Positions 36,571 through 47,139 are shown, counted from the stretch's first letter. The stretch: DNA of 64,000 nucleotides from an uncultured virus (IMG/VR IMGVR_UViG_3300020048_000074) (IMGVR_UViG_3300020048_000074:1-64000), one strand, 5' to 3'. Notes: generated from the letters alone by a model not told the origin. Numbers and translations are program-made.

Positions 36571-38250
36571 TTATATTGTTATCGGAACCGACAACGAAGT
36601 TTCAGAACCTACAAGTTTTATATCCATGCTTAAAAACACGGAATCCGATTCCAAGTTCACGACGATATTACTTACGGCTTCCACTCTCGGGTCTTTCATT
36701 ATAGAGGACTGTACCGCCATTTTTATATAACTTAATGCCATGGAGGTTCCAGCAAAACCGGCTTGAGCTACCATACCGAAACCGGCCTGCTTTATCATGC
36801 TACCCACCTCGGTATTAAGCTGCATGTTTATAGCCTGCTTAACGTTTTCTATACCTGATATGGTGGCCGCCTCCCCACCAATAAACATTAAATTACCTGT
36901 CTCGTCAATTTGTATATCTGATCCGTAAGGATCACGGGTAACGTCTTCAGAAAATATAAACTGCTCTTTATTACTGGACAGGGTGCTGCTTGTTTTAACC
37001 GGTATAAAAAGAGTTTCACCAGAAACCAGATCGGAACTGTTGGTTATCCCCGGGTTTACGTTAGCGATATAGGGCCACAGATCAGAGTTTCCAAGCTCGT
37101 TCAGTGCTATGCTCGGAAGCGTATCGTTTCCTTTTATAGTGTACACATTTAAACCAGAAAAAGAATAACTTGAAGCTAAAGACGCTCTGGAAACACTCGT
37201 TACGGTGCCATCGTCCACCACGTCCATGCCCGTGTCTACATCAAACGATAATGTTTTTATTGATTGCCAGCCTTCAGATATTTGATACCCATATATGCGG
37301 AGGGATTCGTTAAGAATAGTTCTAGCGAACTCCAAGGCACCAAGCTTTTTATCCACGTATCGGTCGCTTACATAAACCACGGCATCATAGGTATCCGGTA
37401 TGATTGCAAGCAGCGTAAACGCAGCATCAACTAGGTTATGCGCCAAATCGAGAGGTGATACGAGTATATTCGTTGCAGTATCAAGCGCCTTATCCCACCG
37501 AGCACGAAGCTCTAAAGCTTTTGCATTCACCATACTTATGGCGTTGGTGATACTTTGAAACCCTTGATTAAGTTTCTTCATAAGATTAAGTAATTTATTT
37601 ATGTTATCCAAAGCGCCCTTTGGGTATTTCGATATTACAATTGGTTTAAGCTTGTATTTATATGTACTCAAAGACTCGTATACGAATAAGCTTATGCTAA
37701 AAGGGTAATGCAACGGAGACTCAGCGTTTCTATCAAGGGTAAAATCGAGTAGAACACAAAGGTATGATTGCTCGTCGGCTAAATCGTACACCCTCAGTTC
37801 CCATTGATCCCAGTCAGCCGACTCTTTGAATCGTATGATGTTATCCCTAAACTTATAAAACGCGTCCGAAGCGTTGTACCCTACTTTAGACGTGCCATTC
37901 CCTATAGACAACGTTGGAAACGCGTGAGCCGTTCCAGATATTCCCTTTATGGTTATTTGAATGTTATCCATTCCGTAGTCATCGACAAACGAGTTTCCAA
38001 ACGTTTTCGTAATACTCACTCGCTGCGGCTCTTTTATGGATATAGATTGTGGTGGTAGAACTAGGGTATAAGAATATAACGTGCTTTGCGTTTTCCTATC
38101 TCGTATTTCAAACATCCAGCTTTTAGTGAGAAAACCTTGAAGGTCCGGACGTGGTGCGTTCGATCCATAGGGTATTGTTTTATCAACATTGGCTTTCCCC
38201 ATTTTGCCAAGACCCAAAAAGCTGTTTGCTCCTGAAAAGTCTATGCTCAT
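36571..38250 (-). CDS. baseplate protein with LysM and C-terminal gp25/GpW-like domain
   Basis: YTIKGNDTLPSIALNELG LysM; ISGIENVKQAI..DPRVEAV. Confidence 0.8.
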   Translation of the reverse strand: MSIDFSGANSFLGLGKMGKANVDKTIPYGSNAPRPDLQGFLTKSWMFEIRDRKTQSTLYSYTLVLPPQSISIKEPQRVSITKTFGNSFVDDYGMDNIQITIKGISGTAHAFPTLSIGNGTSKVGYNASDAFYKFRDNIIRFKESADWDQWELRVYDLADEQSYLCVLLDFTLDRNAESPLHYPFSISLFVYESLSTYKYKLKPIVISKYPKGALDNINKLLNLMKKLNQGFQSITNAISMVNAKALELRARWDKALDTATNILVSPLDLAHNLVDAAFTLLAIIPDTYDAVVYVSDRYVDKKLGALEFARTILNESLRIYGYQISEGWQSIKTLSFDVDTGMDVVDDGTVTSVSRASLASSYSFSGLNVYTIKGNDTLPSIALNELGNSDLWPYIANVNPGITNSSDLVSGETLFIPVKTSSTLSSNKEQFIFSEDVTRDPYGSDIQIDETGNLMFIGGEAATISGIENVKQAINMQLNTEVGSMIKQAGFGMVAQAGFAGTSMALSYIKMAVQSSIMKDPRVEAVSNIVVNLESDSVFLSMDIKLVGSETSLSVPITI

Positions 38251-38251
38251 G

Positions 38252-38641
38252 TTATTGTGCCTTCACTTTCGCTTGCCCAGCATCGCTTATCTTTAATTTG
38301 AACGATACCGGATAAACCACTGGGGGGCTTCCCGGTATCTTCGGATTCGCGTTTATGGTATCCGTCTCATCATCGACGCGAAGCACCAAGGTATTATCCG
38401 CTTTCACTTTGGCTGCGGTCTTGCTGAACGTGGCAGTATACGGACCCGGATCGGGTATGGTAGCACCTACTGAAGGCACCATGATCGCGGAAACGCTCAT
38501 AGTGTGCCCATCCTTGCATATCCCCTTGCCACCGGCCTTGCAGGTTGTCGAAGGGGTCCCAGAATGCACCACGGTAGCAACCACGAGTGGATTGGATATG
38601 GAATGAGAAAACTGAGCTACTGCAACATTTTTAAGGGCCAT
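38252..38641 (-). CDS. spike-tip (PAAR-like position) protein
   Basis: follows the spike gene; KVKADN..VLR, ISDAGQAKVKAQ. Confidence 0.55.
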   Translation of the reverse strand: MALKNVAVAQFSHSISNPLVVATVVHSGTPSTTCKAGGKGICKDGHTMSVSAIMVPSVGATIPDPGPYTATFSKTAAKVKADNTLVLRVDDETDTINANPKIPGSPPVVYPVSFKLKISDAGQAKVKAQ

Positions 38642-39278
38642 TTGCTACCTCAAGATTCCCATTGATTGTCACTTTACCGGAAGCCATGGTGATATCGTTT
38701 CCGTTTTTGTCCACCACGATAACCCCATCGGTATCCATGGTAAACGCATTATCGAAGCTATCCTTTATTTCAAGAATTTTATCGTCACCCCCGTAAAGTA
38801 TATGTGTCCCATCGGGTGTCTCTACTATTATTCTACCATCCTCTTCCACTTCTATGGTAGTGCCGTTTTTAAATATACGCTTATAGGTAAGGGGCTTGTC
38901 CTTTTCCAACAACTTTTTGGTAAACGTCTTGTTTGCGGAATTCACAGAATCAGCCATGAATTCATTAGCGAGATATGGTATAAACGATCCTAAAATAACT
39001 TTGTATCTTTGGTTATTTGACGCAAACCCAACCACCACGTAATCGTCTATAGCTGGTAGGTCAACTTCACCGTATGGCTCTCCGTCAACTAAACCACATT
39101 TAACTAAAATAGGAATATTATTAAGCTTTTGATTATCAATGGACAAAACATCGCATGTCATTCTTTCAGAGTATACTTTTTTAACTTGAGCTATGAACGG
39201 CATAAGTGTGGCAGGTGAAGAAAACTTTGAGGTATAATCACACCCACCTTGGTATACCCGAATATCACGTAATATCAT
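38631..39278 (-). CDS. baseplate central spike (gpV-like)
   Basis: OB-fold LPAIDDYVVVGF followed by beta-strand repeats. Confidence 0.75.
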   Translation of the reverse strand: MILRDIRVYQGGCDYTSKFSSPATLMPFIAQVKKVYSERMTCDVLSIDNQKLNNIPILVKCGLVDGEPYGEVDLPAIDDYVVVGFASNNQRYKVILGSFIPYLANEFMADSVNSANKTFTKKLLEKDKPLTYKRIFKNGTTIEVEEDGRIIVETPDGTHILYGGDDKILEIKDSFDNAFTMDTDGVIVVDKNGNDITMASGKVTINGNLEVANGP

Positions 39279-40676
39279 TTACGCCATCCCTATTGGATTG
39301 TTTACGAATACGCTATCAATCAGTTTTGTTCTATCTTTTCCAATACCACGAGTAATGGATAGATCACTTTTCATTGGTCCTTGGTAACTCCAACTATGGG
39401 ATATACCTTCCACATAAAACTGACCCTCTATCCCGTATATTTCTATTTTATCACCTATACATGGGTCAAGCGAGCTATCAGTTGGAACCATCATGCTTAC
39501 AACACCGGAAAAAGTATTCGCATTATTGTAGTACCAATTGTAAAGCGTAGTAGCTGCTTCAGTTGCCACTTTTTCAGCCTTACTTTTTATAAGGTCTACA
39601 GCATCCCCTTCTTTTTTTAACAAACGAGTAAAAAACAATTCCACAACCATAGGCTTCATTAAATATTGTCCTATTAAATTATTGTCAACTTTAGGTATTC
39701 CAAGAAGTATTCGAACAATATCGTTAAGCAAAAATGCTGGCGATTTTACGTTGTATACGGTGTATACTTCGTCTAAGCTACGGGCTAAATCAAACGATAT
39801 TAAATGATCCTTATCAATTTTAACAACAGGGAGAGCATCAAAAGCTTTACCTACTTTTCCATCGGTTACTGTACCATCAAACGGTGTAGGCCGAAATACC
39901 AAACAGGATCGACCGCCTAAGTTCACTCCCTCACCGTCTATCTGAACTGTTCGAGGCCCGTTATCGACCCATAATTCATTAAACGGTCGCTCTACCATTT
40001 GACTGAGCACGTCCCAAATGTTTATTGATTCTTCAGTGCCGGTCATAAGCTCATAAGTTTTTGGTAACCCAGAAACTTTTTTACATTGAATTCCAACTGA
40101 AGTATCAATATACTCATTTATATAATTCATAAGCCCGGACCCACCGAGCGCCACGATGTAGTCAAAAAAAGCAGTTAGTGTAAGATCAGCAACTTCCCCA
40201 AAAGACGAACCATCGTCACTTGCCTTTTCAAGAGCGACAGATAACTCAGCGGTCTTTTGAGATAATTCCTCTTCAGGTTTACCTAAAAGAGTTCCCATGC
40301 CTAAACCCATAGACGCCGATAACAATAGCCCGCCCATTTGAGCACACTGTATAACCGCTCCCCTAGAAGGTGAACCATCGGTGTTTATTGCCCCGCTATA
40401 CGATTCACGAGTCACATACCCGATATACTTCAGAGTATCAAACTCATATATTTTTATAACGTCCATTATTTTAATGGTATCAAGTATATGCACCCCGTCT
40501 CGTTGCGGTAGTATGGATAACTGACAAACCCCTTCCGGGCTTTTTATTGTTTTTTGAAACGTATAACTTAACACGTCTTTTGTTATGTCCATACTCTGAT
40601 CGAGTCTTCCTTTTGGCCACTCCCAAAGATCGAGGATTATTGATAATTTAACGCGTCTTCCATACTCACTCATCAC
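39279..40676 (-). CDS. baseplate hub protein
   Basis: position after tape measure; RPTPFD and FYVEGISHSW..TRG. Confidence 0.7.
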   Translation of the reverse strand: MMSEYGRRVKLSIILDLWEWPKGRLDQSMDITKDVLSYTFQKTIKSPEGVCQLSILPQRDGVHILDTIKIMDVIKIYEFDTLKYIGYVTRESYSGAINTDGSPSRGAVIQCAQMGGLLLSASMGLGMGTLLGKPEEELSQKTAELSVALEKASDDGSSFGEVADLTLTAFFDYIVALGGSGLMNYINEYIDTSVGIQCKKVSGLPKTYELMTGTEESINIWDVLSQMVERPFNELWVDNGPRTVQIDGEGVNLGGRSCLVFRPTPFDGTVTDGKVGKAFDALPVVKIDKDHLISFDLARSLDEVYTVYNVKSPAFLLNDIVRILLGIPKVDNNLIGQYLMKPMVVELFFTRLLKKEGDAVDLIKSKAEKVATEAATTLYNWYYNNANTFSGVVSMMVPTDSSLDPCIGDKIEIYGIEGQFYVEGISHSWSYQGPMKSDLSITRGIGKDRTKLIDSVFVNNPIGMA

Positions 40677-42715
40677 TTATCCTTATGTATGTAGCCTGAA
40701 TCCGTCATTACAAACCCAAGATTTCTTAACAGAGTTTGAAACTCTCTTGTAAGCGCAAGGAATGATGCCCGGTTCATGTCTTCTGGGATAACACGATCCT
40801 CCCATGCTTTTAAAACTATATTGGTTTCATTCTCCGCTACCTCATCCTTCTTTTTACCTATCTTGAAATTAGTTTTATCAAGCTCCGTCAAAGCATACAT
40901 TATGGCTTCACTAGCCATCTCTCCAAGTGATCCTATACCCATAACGCTAGTAGGGTCTGTTGAATCATAATCTTTCATTATGTCTTTTGTACGACCGCCA
41001 CCAAGTCTATAAGTATCGCGTATGGCTGCGTCCAATTCTTTGTCTGTTCTAGCATCAAACCTAGCAGTTATTGATCTAGCTGCCGGTGTGCTTGATCTAA
41101 CCAAATCAACCAAACTTGATTGGGTTTTTAAATCAGATACACTGGCAATAGCTACGTTTAAACTAGCCACACTCTGTATAGATACTAAACCAGATTCTAT
41201 TTTTTCAATTCTAGCGGCATCGTATACTGGTATGTCACCGTCTTTATTCACGCCGTAAGGATCGTATTTTGCACCACCTAAAAGAAGTTTGGCAAGACCT
41301 GTTGACAAGGCTAAAGCATCATCCTCTGCTGTCTTAAACAGTGAAGTATTTTTAATGTGATTTACGTCTAATGCATAGTTGGTATCTTTATCCCTTTTTT
41401 GCCATGATCTATCGTACTTACCTACTTTGGCATCAACTTCATCTTGGGTAAGCGGATTTCCATTACTGTCAAGCATACCTTCTTGAGTCTTCATCCATTT
41501 TTCAACAGCCCCGAGAGTAGTACCTTCACCTAAGTATTTTTGTATTTGAAGACGCATAACATCTTTGTCACCACCTGTTGATTCTTTAATGTACTGGTAT
41601 ATTTTTTGATTCGTTTCAAAGGGATTCTGTTCCATGCGTAGCATAGTATCGGTTACAGACTCACCCTCTCTTCGCATAGCTTGAAATGCAATAACATCTT
41701 CAGGCTTTGTTAGACCCGCCGCTTGTATCCCTCGATTTTGAAGTTGTGAAGCAAACGTAGCTGCTCCCGGTGATGAGAAACCACCAAGTTTGGCTAGAGC
41801 TGCCATATTCGATGTCATTGTGTTTGTAGACCCTGAAGTAAGATCAATACCGCGTGAAGACGCGGAATCCACCAAGCTTTGTAACGACTGCACGAACAAG
41901 GAAGTATTGGCACGCCCAAAAGAGCTATTAGCGATGCTAAACATTCCGGTATTCACTGTTTTACTAATATCAACGTTGCCTCGATTTAAAGAACCTATAA
42001 GCCCGGCTGAAGCGGTCGGATCAGTACCCATCAGTGTAGCCGCGTCTAAAGAGCTTCGCACACCGGCCATGGTCGATGGCCCGGCAAGGTTTACCCCAGA
42101 CACACCGGCAGCATCATAAAAAGATTTTACCATTCCCATGGGGATACCCATATTTGCAAACGTACTTCGTTGTTTATCAAACGCCGCATAGGACAACCCG
42201 GTACGCTGCGACATGCCGCTTCCGAATGTTTCTTGCATGCGGTCCCATGCTTTATCGCCAAACTTTTGAACGCCCATGGCAATAGCAGCGGTAGCCATGA
42301 TGCCAACACCAATAGGGCCACCTATTCCAGACAGCATTCCGGCTATACCACCTACTGCGCTACCACCCTTACCTTGAGATAAAGAATCAGCCACGCCGAA
42401 CCCTTGGCTTATTACCCCTCCAAAATCTTTACCTTGTCTGTTATTTTTAGACTCTCGTTCTCGTATATCATCCTTGTACCGTTTTGTTCTCTCTTCACGT
42501 CCACCAACTTCGGCAGGTGAGTTGCCCCCTTGAGTAGCGCCCCCACCTGCCTGTGCTGCTTTAGTAAACGGATCAGCACCACCACCTACGTTTGCCGAAA
42601 GTCCGCGTGCTGCGTTGCCCGCTTCGACATACGCATCACGGAGTTTGAGTATTTCTCGGGCAGCTTGATCGGCCCCCTGTGCTTCTACCCTTATCCGACT
42701 AACTATATCCGGCAT
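40673..42715 (-). CDS. tape measure protein
   Basis: Ala/Gly-rich helical protein after the tail chaperones. Confidence 0.8.
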   Translation of the reverse strand: MPDIVSRIRVEAQGADQAAREILKLRDAYVEAGNAARGLSANVGGGADPFTKAAQAGGGATQGGNSPAEVGGREERTKRYKDDIRERESKNNRQGKDFGGVISQGFGVADSLSQGKGGSAVGGIAGMLSGIGGPIGVGIMATAAIAMGVQKFGDKAWDRMQETFGSGMSQRTGLSYAAFDKQRSTFANMGIPMGMVKSFYDAAGVSGVNLAGPSTMAGVRSSLDAATLMGTDPTASAGLIGSLNRGNVDISKTVNTGMFSIANSSFGRANTSLFVQSLQSLVDSASSRGIDLTSGSTNTMTSNMAALAKLGGFSSPGAATFASQLQNRGIQAAGLTKPEDVIAFQAMRREGESVTDTMLRMEQNPFETNQKIYQYIKESTGGDKDVMRLQIQKYLGEGTTLGAVEKWMKTQEGMLDSNGNPLTQDEVDAKVGKYDRSWQKRDKDTNYALDVNHIKNTSLFKTAEDDALALSTGLAKLLLGGAKYDPYGVNKDGDIPVYDAARIEKIESGLVSIQSVASLNVAIASVSDLKTQSSLVDLVRSSTPAARSITARFDARTDKELDAAIRDTYRLGGGRTKDIMKDYDSTDPTSVMGIGSLGEMASEAIMYALTELDKTNFKIGKKKDEVAENETNIVLKAWEDRVIPEDMNRASFLALTREFQTLLRNLGFVMTDSGYIHKDK

Positions 42716-43025
42716 TTTTAAGTTGCTCCTTGATCCGCTTTATCTGATTAGCCGTGTACCCTAATTTTTTGAAGTGCACTGCGTCATCTTTCGTAACTGT
42801 TGGCGTTTGATCCTTCTTGGAATACCACTCTTTTATCCGATCCGAAGTTGGCAATTCCAGCCAACTAACATACATCAGATTTTTTTGCCTAGATGTTAGC
42901 TTTTTATAGCGTTCATCGGTCGGCAATATTCTAAAGTGGTGGCATATCCATAGATCAACTGCTAATACCTTTACTACTTCCTTCGGATCGATCTGTGCGG
43001 ATTCTTGTTTGAAAGTTTCCTCGAA
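42699..43025 (-). CDS. tail chaperone frameshift extension (gpT-like)
   Basis: +1 frame is open from the TTT CGA site (43021-43026) to the stop at 42699. Confidence 0.6.
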   Translation of the reverse strand, partial: FEETFKQESAQIDPKEVVKVLAVDLWICHHFRILPTDERYKKLTSRQKNLMYVSWLELPTSDRIKEWYSKKDQTPTVTKDDAVHFKKLGYTANQIKRIKEQLKNAGYS

Positions 43026-43353
43026 AACGAAGGTAGCCTTGGAACAATGTTACGATACACTGATCGTCATAACAAGTCCACGCGCTCTTAAACCAAGCCG
43101 GACTCTCTTCCGGCACGATGAGTTGATTGACGTATGCGGTGGCTTCAACCATGGCGAGATGTTCCGGTGGGTACGAATCGCGGGAGTACCCGCCCAGTTT
43201 ACGCGCTATCTCAGCTTCAATCGAAGCTTTTTCAAACGGTGTGGGGTATCGCATGGTGAATATTTCACCGTTGTATTGCTGCGTGAATTTCAGATCGTCT
43301 TCAGTAAGCATCTTGGTGCCTACCCTGACTGCAATCTCTTCCGACTCTTTCAT
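42955..43353 (-). CDS. tail assembly chaperone (gpG-like)
   Basis: lies between tube and tape measure; strong SD. Confidence 0.75.
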   Translation of the reverse strand: MKESEEIAVRVGTKMLTEDDLKFTQQYNGEIFTMRYPTPFEKASIEAEIARKLGGYSRDSYPPEHLAMVEATAYVNQLIVPEESPAWFKSAWTCYDDQCIVTLFQGYLRFRGNFQTRIRTDRSEGSSKGISS

Positions 43354-43375
43354 GACTCTCTCCTTAAAAAAGCTA

Positions 43376-43404
43376 AAAGGGGAGGGGTAAAAACCCCGCC
43401 CCTA
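43376..43404 (-). terminator. hairpin/terminator after the tail tube gene
   Basis: aggggcgggg/cccctcccct stem followed by T-rich tract. Confidence 0.6.
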
Positions 43405-43410
43405 TATCCC

Positions 43411-43860
43411 TTAGATCACCCGTTCGACTGCCATCAGTCGAAGGTTTGCCGTGACGTAGCTGTTCGGCGTTATCTGTACGCCGTTACTCGCTACCATCAC
43501 TTTCCTGAACTGGTTTACGAGTTCACCCGTAGCCGTATTCAGGAATTGCAGCAAGTCAAACTCACCCGGTTTCCCGTCGTTTGATTGCACCTGACTACGC
43601 GTTGGTAGGAACTCTGCCAGCGCCACTTGTCCACCGTCCGGCCACGGGCCTTCACCGGGTCGTTCCGGTACAAACGTGGAAAGCGTAAGGGTACACGAAT
43701 ACCCTTGCGAATCGTAGTCGATCGGTCCATGGTAGTTCAGGACGTTGGCCGGGTTTACTGCCCAGTCCTCGTCGTAAGAAGCACCGGTGGACAAGCCAAC
43801 CGCCCTGCCGTTTATGAGCACCTGTACCCATGCTCCACCGGCCAAAAGTTTCTGTGCCAT
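43411..43860 (-). CDS. tail tube protein
   Basis: 149 aa, beta-rich, downstream of sheath. Confidence 0.75.
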   Translation of the reverse strand: MAQKLLAGGAWVQVLINGRAVGLSTGASYDEDWAVNPANVLNYHGPIDYDSQGYSCTLTLSTFVPERPGEGPWPDGGQVALAEFLPTRSQVQSNDGKPGEFDLLQFLNTATGELVNQFRKVMVASNGVQITPNSYVTANLRLMAVERVI

Positions 43861-43862
43861 AG

Positions 43863-44372
43863 CTATGCCCCCTCAGTATCTCGTCTCAGTATAGCATGGT
43901 GCTTAACACATAGCCATCTAACGTCTAATGGCTTCGTGTAATCATCATGGTGGGCATGTACTTCAGGTTCCCCGCATACCTCGCAGACACCCTTAGTTAG
44001 CTTGCCCGTTTTTAAAGCATAATGCACGTTGTTACGCGCAAGCTGCTTTAAAAGATAGTCTTGGTATTCCGGGGTACCTTTAATAAGCGTTTTACCGTTA
44101 TACCCATGCTTACCATAATACTTCCGCGTGGCCTTTTTATTCGTTTCATAGCCGCGCTCGGTTTTACCATAAGCCTTTGCTCTAGCATCAATCTCGTCTT
44201 TTTTGGCAAGATACCGGGCTTTGTCGTACTTGGTCTTGCACTCGATGCACATCCTACCAGTTACAAACTTGTCCCGGCTCTTCCGTTTTCCACAGTAGGT
44301 ACACGCTTTCGTAGCTGTACCTGTCCGTGTGTGAATGGAAACCCGCTTCCCGTTCACGTCTATCTTTTTCAT
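43863..44372 (-). CDS. free-standing HNH-type endonuclease
   Basis: CTYC..CIEC Zn finger; CEVCG..HAHHDDY..PLDVRWLC..HH. Confidence 0.8.
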   Translation of the reverse strand: MKKIDVNGKRVSIHTRTGTATKACTYCGKRKSRDKFVTGRMCIECKTKYDKARYLAKKDEIDARAKAYGKTERGYETNKKATRKYYGKHGYNGKTLIKGTPEYQDYLLKQLARNNVHYALKTGKLTKGVCEVCGEPEVHAHHDDYTKPLDVRWLCVKHHAILRRDTEGA

Positions 44373-44393
44373 GATGTATACCCCCATATAGAG

Positions 44394-44422
44394 AGTATAC
44401 CACGTTTATGCCCCGGTTGCAA
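44394..44422 (-). promoter_or_regulatory. sigma70-type promoter for the HNH gene
   Basis: TTGCAA-17 nt-TATACT with TG extension, overlapping the sheath 3' end. Confidence 0.75.
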
Positions 44423-46130
44423 CCATTTCATGAAAATGGTTCGTTAGAAACTGGAAGTTCACCGGCAGCGTCACGTATGCATCGTAGTCGATGTACACGG
44501 TATCACCCGAGATGCTGATCTGAACATTCCACCACGACCGTTTTTCTACCGGGTGGGTAATGAAAATGCCCAGTTCGGTGTACAGCGCCAAGCGGCTTTC
44601 AACCGCGCCGCGAAGCACACCACCGATGATAGAAGTTCCCGGCTGCCCGATGAACCTGTTCTCAAGGAAAATCCTGAGATCACGGGAAACGAAAAACATT
44701 TCCGTAACCGCAGAAAACTCGTTGAACTTGATGTCGTTGGTCTGGTAGGTATTGAACTGACGAACCAACCTTGGCTGACCATTCGGCGCATAGGCCAAAG
44801 GCGCAACACCGTTTTTAAGCAGCGTTTCCAAATTGGAATCCGAAAGCGAATACTCCAACGCGATGAAGTTCAATTCCTTGAACGTCAAGGGCTGGTTTAT
44901 AGCCAACGCCGTTTTCATGCCCATGATCATGCATGCGGCATAGGATGCGGGATAATTTTGTATAACCCCGTTCACATCCCTCTGGGTTCCACCGTTGAAC
45001 ACGTACATTCCGTTTTTGCTGTTCAACACGATGGCCGCTGCGGTTGTCGTGGCGATATCGGTAGCCAGTGTGCCCGTCTTGAGAGCGCCACCGACAACGA
45101 ACTGTCGCTCTTTCCTTCCGGTTACCGCGCTCATCAACTGGCAATGCGTTTTTACTGCCGCGTGAACCGCAGAATCGGTGGATGGTGTCGAAATGAATTG
45201 AATGTCTTCCGCTTCCAACGCCAAAAGAGCCGCCGACCATTCCGTAGCGGTGTACGCACCGTCGCCGCCGCTTGCGAGATACGAAACAGCGAGGTTATCC
45301 GGTATCGTTCGGGTAATGGCCGCGTTTGCCAAGGTCGCAGATACCCGGGAAGCGCTGCCGTTGATGGTATCGACGATCGCCTGAAGCGTGCTCTGACAGG
45401 TGTATGTCGTTGCAATGCTCTGGGCCGAAACACCGTCAAGCTCCGATGGGCTTTTGTCTTCTTGACCGGCAACGGGAGCGCAGGTGAAGCTTGCAAGCGT
45501 GTTGATGTACGCCGCGAGATCGCCTATGGTTGCGTAATCACTGAGCACCACACTCAAACCACCAACGGATGATACCATTGTTTTAGCTCCGGAGTGATTC
45601 ACGATGGTAATCGTGCACGCACCCGAATAGGCAATAGTCATCGACGCCCGGTAAACGTTGTCAAGCACTTCGGGGGTTTCCTGTTTGAAACCAAACGTAA
45701 TTTTCTTTCCGAGCGTGGTCCCTGCTTCGACCGTAACTTTGATCTGGTTCGTGAAAGCTCCGTAGTCACGCGATTTCAGCGTAACCATGGGGTTTGCACC
45801 CGACATGAGATTCTTGGTGGACTGAACCGCCGTGTTTACTCTCATAGCGAAAAGACGTTGCGGATTGATCCCTGCACCGGGATCGAACGCAAGACGCACC
45901 GCTTCCATCAGTTCCCCGCCCTGAAGAGCGGCGACTGCCTCTGCCATGGTGTTGAATTGAAGGAGGGTAGCAGGCTTACCACCGCCCACCGACTTACCCA
46001 TTATCACACCATTACTGGCAGAAGCCAATCCACCGGCTCCCATAACGGAGTCAATCCGGGAATATGCTCCCGGAATGATGTGAGAACTGATCTTGCCCGC
46101 GCTTTGGAATGTGCGATAATCAAGACTCAT
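44406..46130 (-). CDS. tail sheath protein
   Basis: IPGAYSRI N-terminus, PLTFK, FIGQP, PVNF C-terminus. Confidence 0.92.
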   Translation of the reverse strand: MSLDYRTFQSAGKISSHIIPGAYSRIDSVMGAGGLASASNGVIMGKSVGGGKPATLLQFNTMAEAVAALQGGELMEAVRLAFDPGAGINPQRLFAMRVNTAVQSTKNLMSGANPMVTLKSRDYGAFTNQIKVTVEAGTTLGKKITFGFKQETPEVLDNVYRASMTIAYSGACTITIVNHSGAKTMVSSVGGLSVVLSDYATIGDLAAYINTLASFTCAPVAGQEDKSPSELDGVSAQSIATTYTCQSTLQAIVDTINGSASRVSATLANAAITRTIPDNLAVSYLASGGDGAYTATEWSAALLALEAEDIQFISTPSTDSAVHAAVKTHCQLMSAVTGRKERQFVVGGALKTGTLATDIATTTAAAIVLNSKNGMYVFNGGTQRDVNGVIQNYPASYAACMIMGMKTALAINQPLTFKELNFIALEYSLSDSNLETLLKNGVAPLAYAPNGQPRLVRQFNTYQTNDIKFNEFSAVTEMFFVSRDLRIFLENRFIGQPGTSIIGGVLRGAVESRLALYTELGIFITHPVEKRSWWNVQISISGDTVYIDYDAYVTLPVNFQFLTNHFHEMVATGA

Positions 46131-46360
46131 GCTTCACCCTCCCTCAATAATCGGATCGCTTCTTTCCACGACCCCTTTGACTTCATTATACCACGAAAGC
46201 GATCCTCAGCATACGCTTTAACGTACACATCGATCGCCGGTTCATGGAGTTGGAAGTATTTCTCGATATTGATATCCCCCGAATCGATTTCGGATGGACC
46301 CGTAGAAACCTCATCGATGATAGGCTCAGATAATTCTTCAGCCTCTTTTGTCTTTGCCAT
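46127..46360 (-). CDS. small hypothetical protein
   Basis: 77 aa, coupled to neighbours. Confidence 0.6.
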   Translation of the reverse strand: MAKTKEAEELSEPIIDEVSTGPSEIDSGDINIEKYFQLHEPAIDVYVKAYAEDRFRGIMKSKGSWKEAIRLLREGEA

Positions 46361-47139
46361 TAAACACCCCCCATGTCAAAAAATTCCGGTAACGAAGAGG
46401 TATCAATCTCCTGCACCGATCCTATAGCCGTGTCAAACAATACTGCCACGTGATTCATGACCACACTTACTTGAACATTCGCCCCGTACAAAAGCATTCC
46501 AAAATCCAAGTTGATATCACCGCTGCGGCGTCCGTTCAATTGCCCGATGTCGATTTTATTCTCCATGTGGATATCGACTTTTTTCTGGATAAGAAAATGG
46601 CCAACCATATCAAACAGAAAACTGGTTATATCTTTGTTCTCACTCCATATATTGAAATCGATCGTACTGCGCGTATTGTACGACCGTTGTATTCCTACTA
46701 TTTTTCCCACAGACGCTATGGTGGATTGTATCTTGGCCCATCCAGTATCGGATACGAACACTTCCTTGTTCTGCCTGTACCCATCCAGAATAGCGACTTC
46801 CTTTGCATGAAAAACAAGAGCATTATATTGATCCGCTAAAGTCTGGATATCCTCGCTGGTGTTTGAATCACAAACGGTAATGGACGGAAACACGTTTACG
46901 GATTTCGGCTGTTCGAGCACTTCCTGCGCCAAAAGAATAGAGAAAGGATGTACCGTTCCAACGCGCAGCTTATCGAAGTTTGGAAACATCTCGGAATACC
47001 CCATGCCTTCCATGAAGTCTCGAAGTATGCGGGACAACACGGTTTCAGGGTTTACGGAATCCAATGCATAAACGAACCGCTGGTTGGCAGTGGCCGGGCG
47101 AATACACGCTCTCGATGTCTTGTATGTTTGACCACTCAT
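46360..47139 (-). CDS. tail completion/terminator-like protein
   Basis: position before sheath; FPSITV, IDFNIWSEN. Confidence 0.55.
   Translation of the reverse strand: MSGQTYKTSRACIRPATANQRFVYALDSVNPETVLSRILRDFMEGMGYSEMFPNFDKLRVGTVHPFSILLAQEVLEQPKSVNVFPSITVCDSNTSEDIQTLADQYNALVFHAKEVAILDGYRQNKEVFVSDTGWAKIQSTIASVGKIVGIQRSYNTRSTIDFNIWSENKDITSFLFDMVGHFLIQKKVDIHMENKIDIGQLNGRRSGDINLDFGMLLYGANVQVSVVMNHVAVLFDTAIGSVQEIDTSSLPEFFDMGGV

Noticed and set aside
44553..46427. 339-aa and 277-aa plus-strand ORFs antisense to the sheath gene
   Set aside because: Shadow ORFs from codon bias; no recognisable domains.
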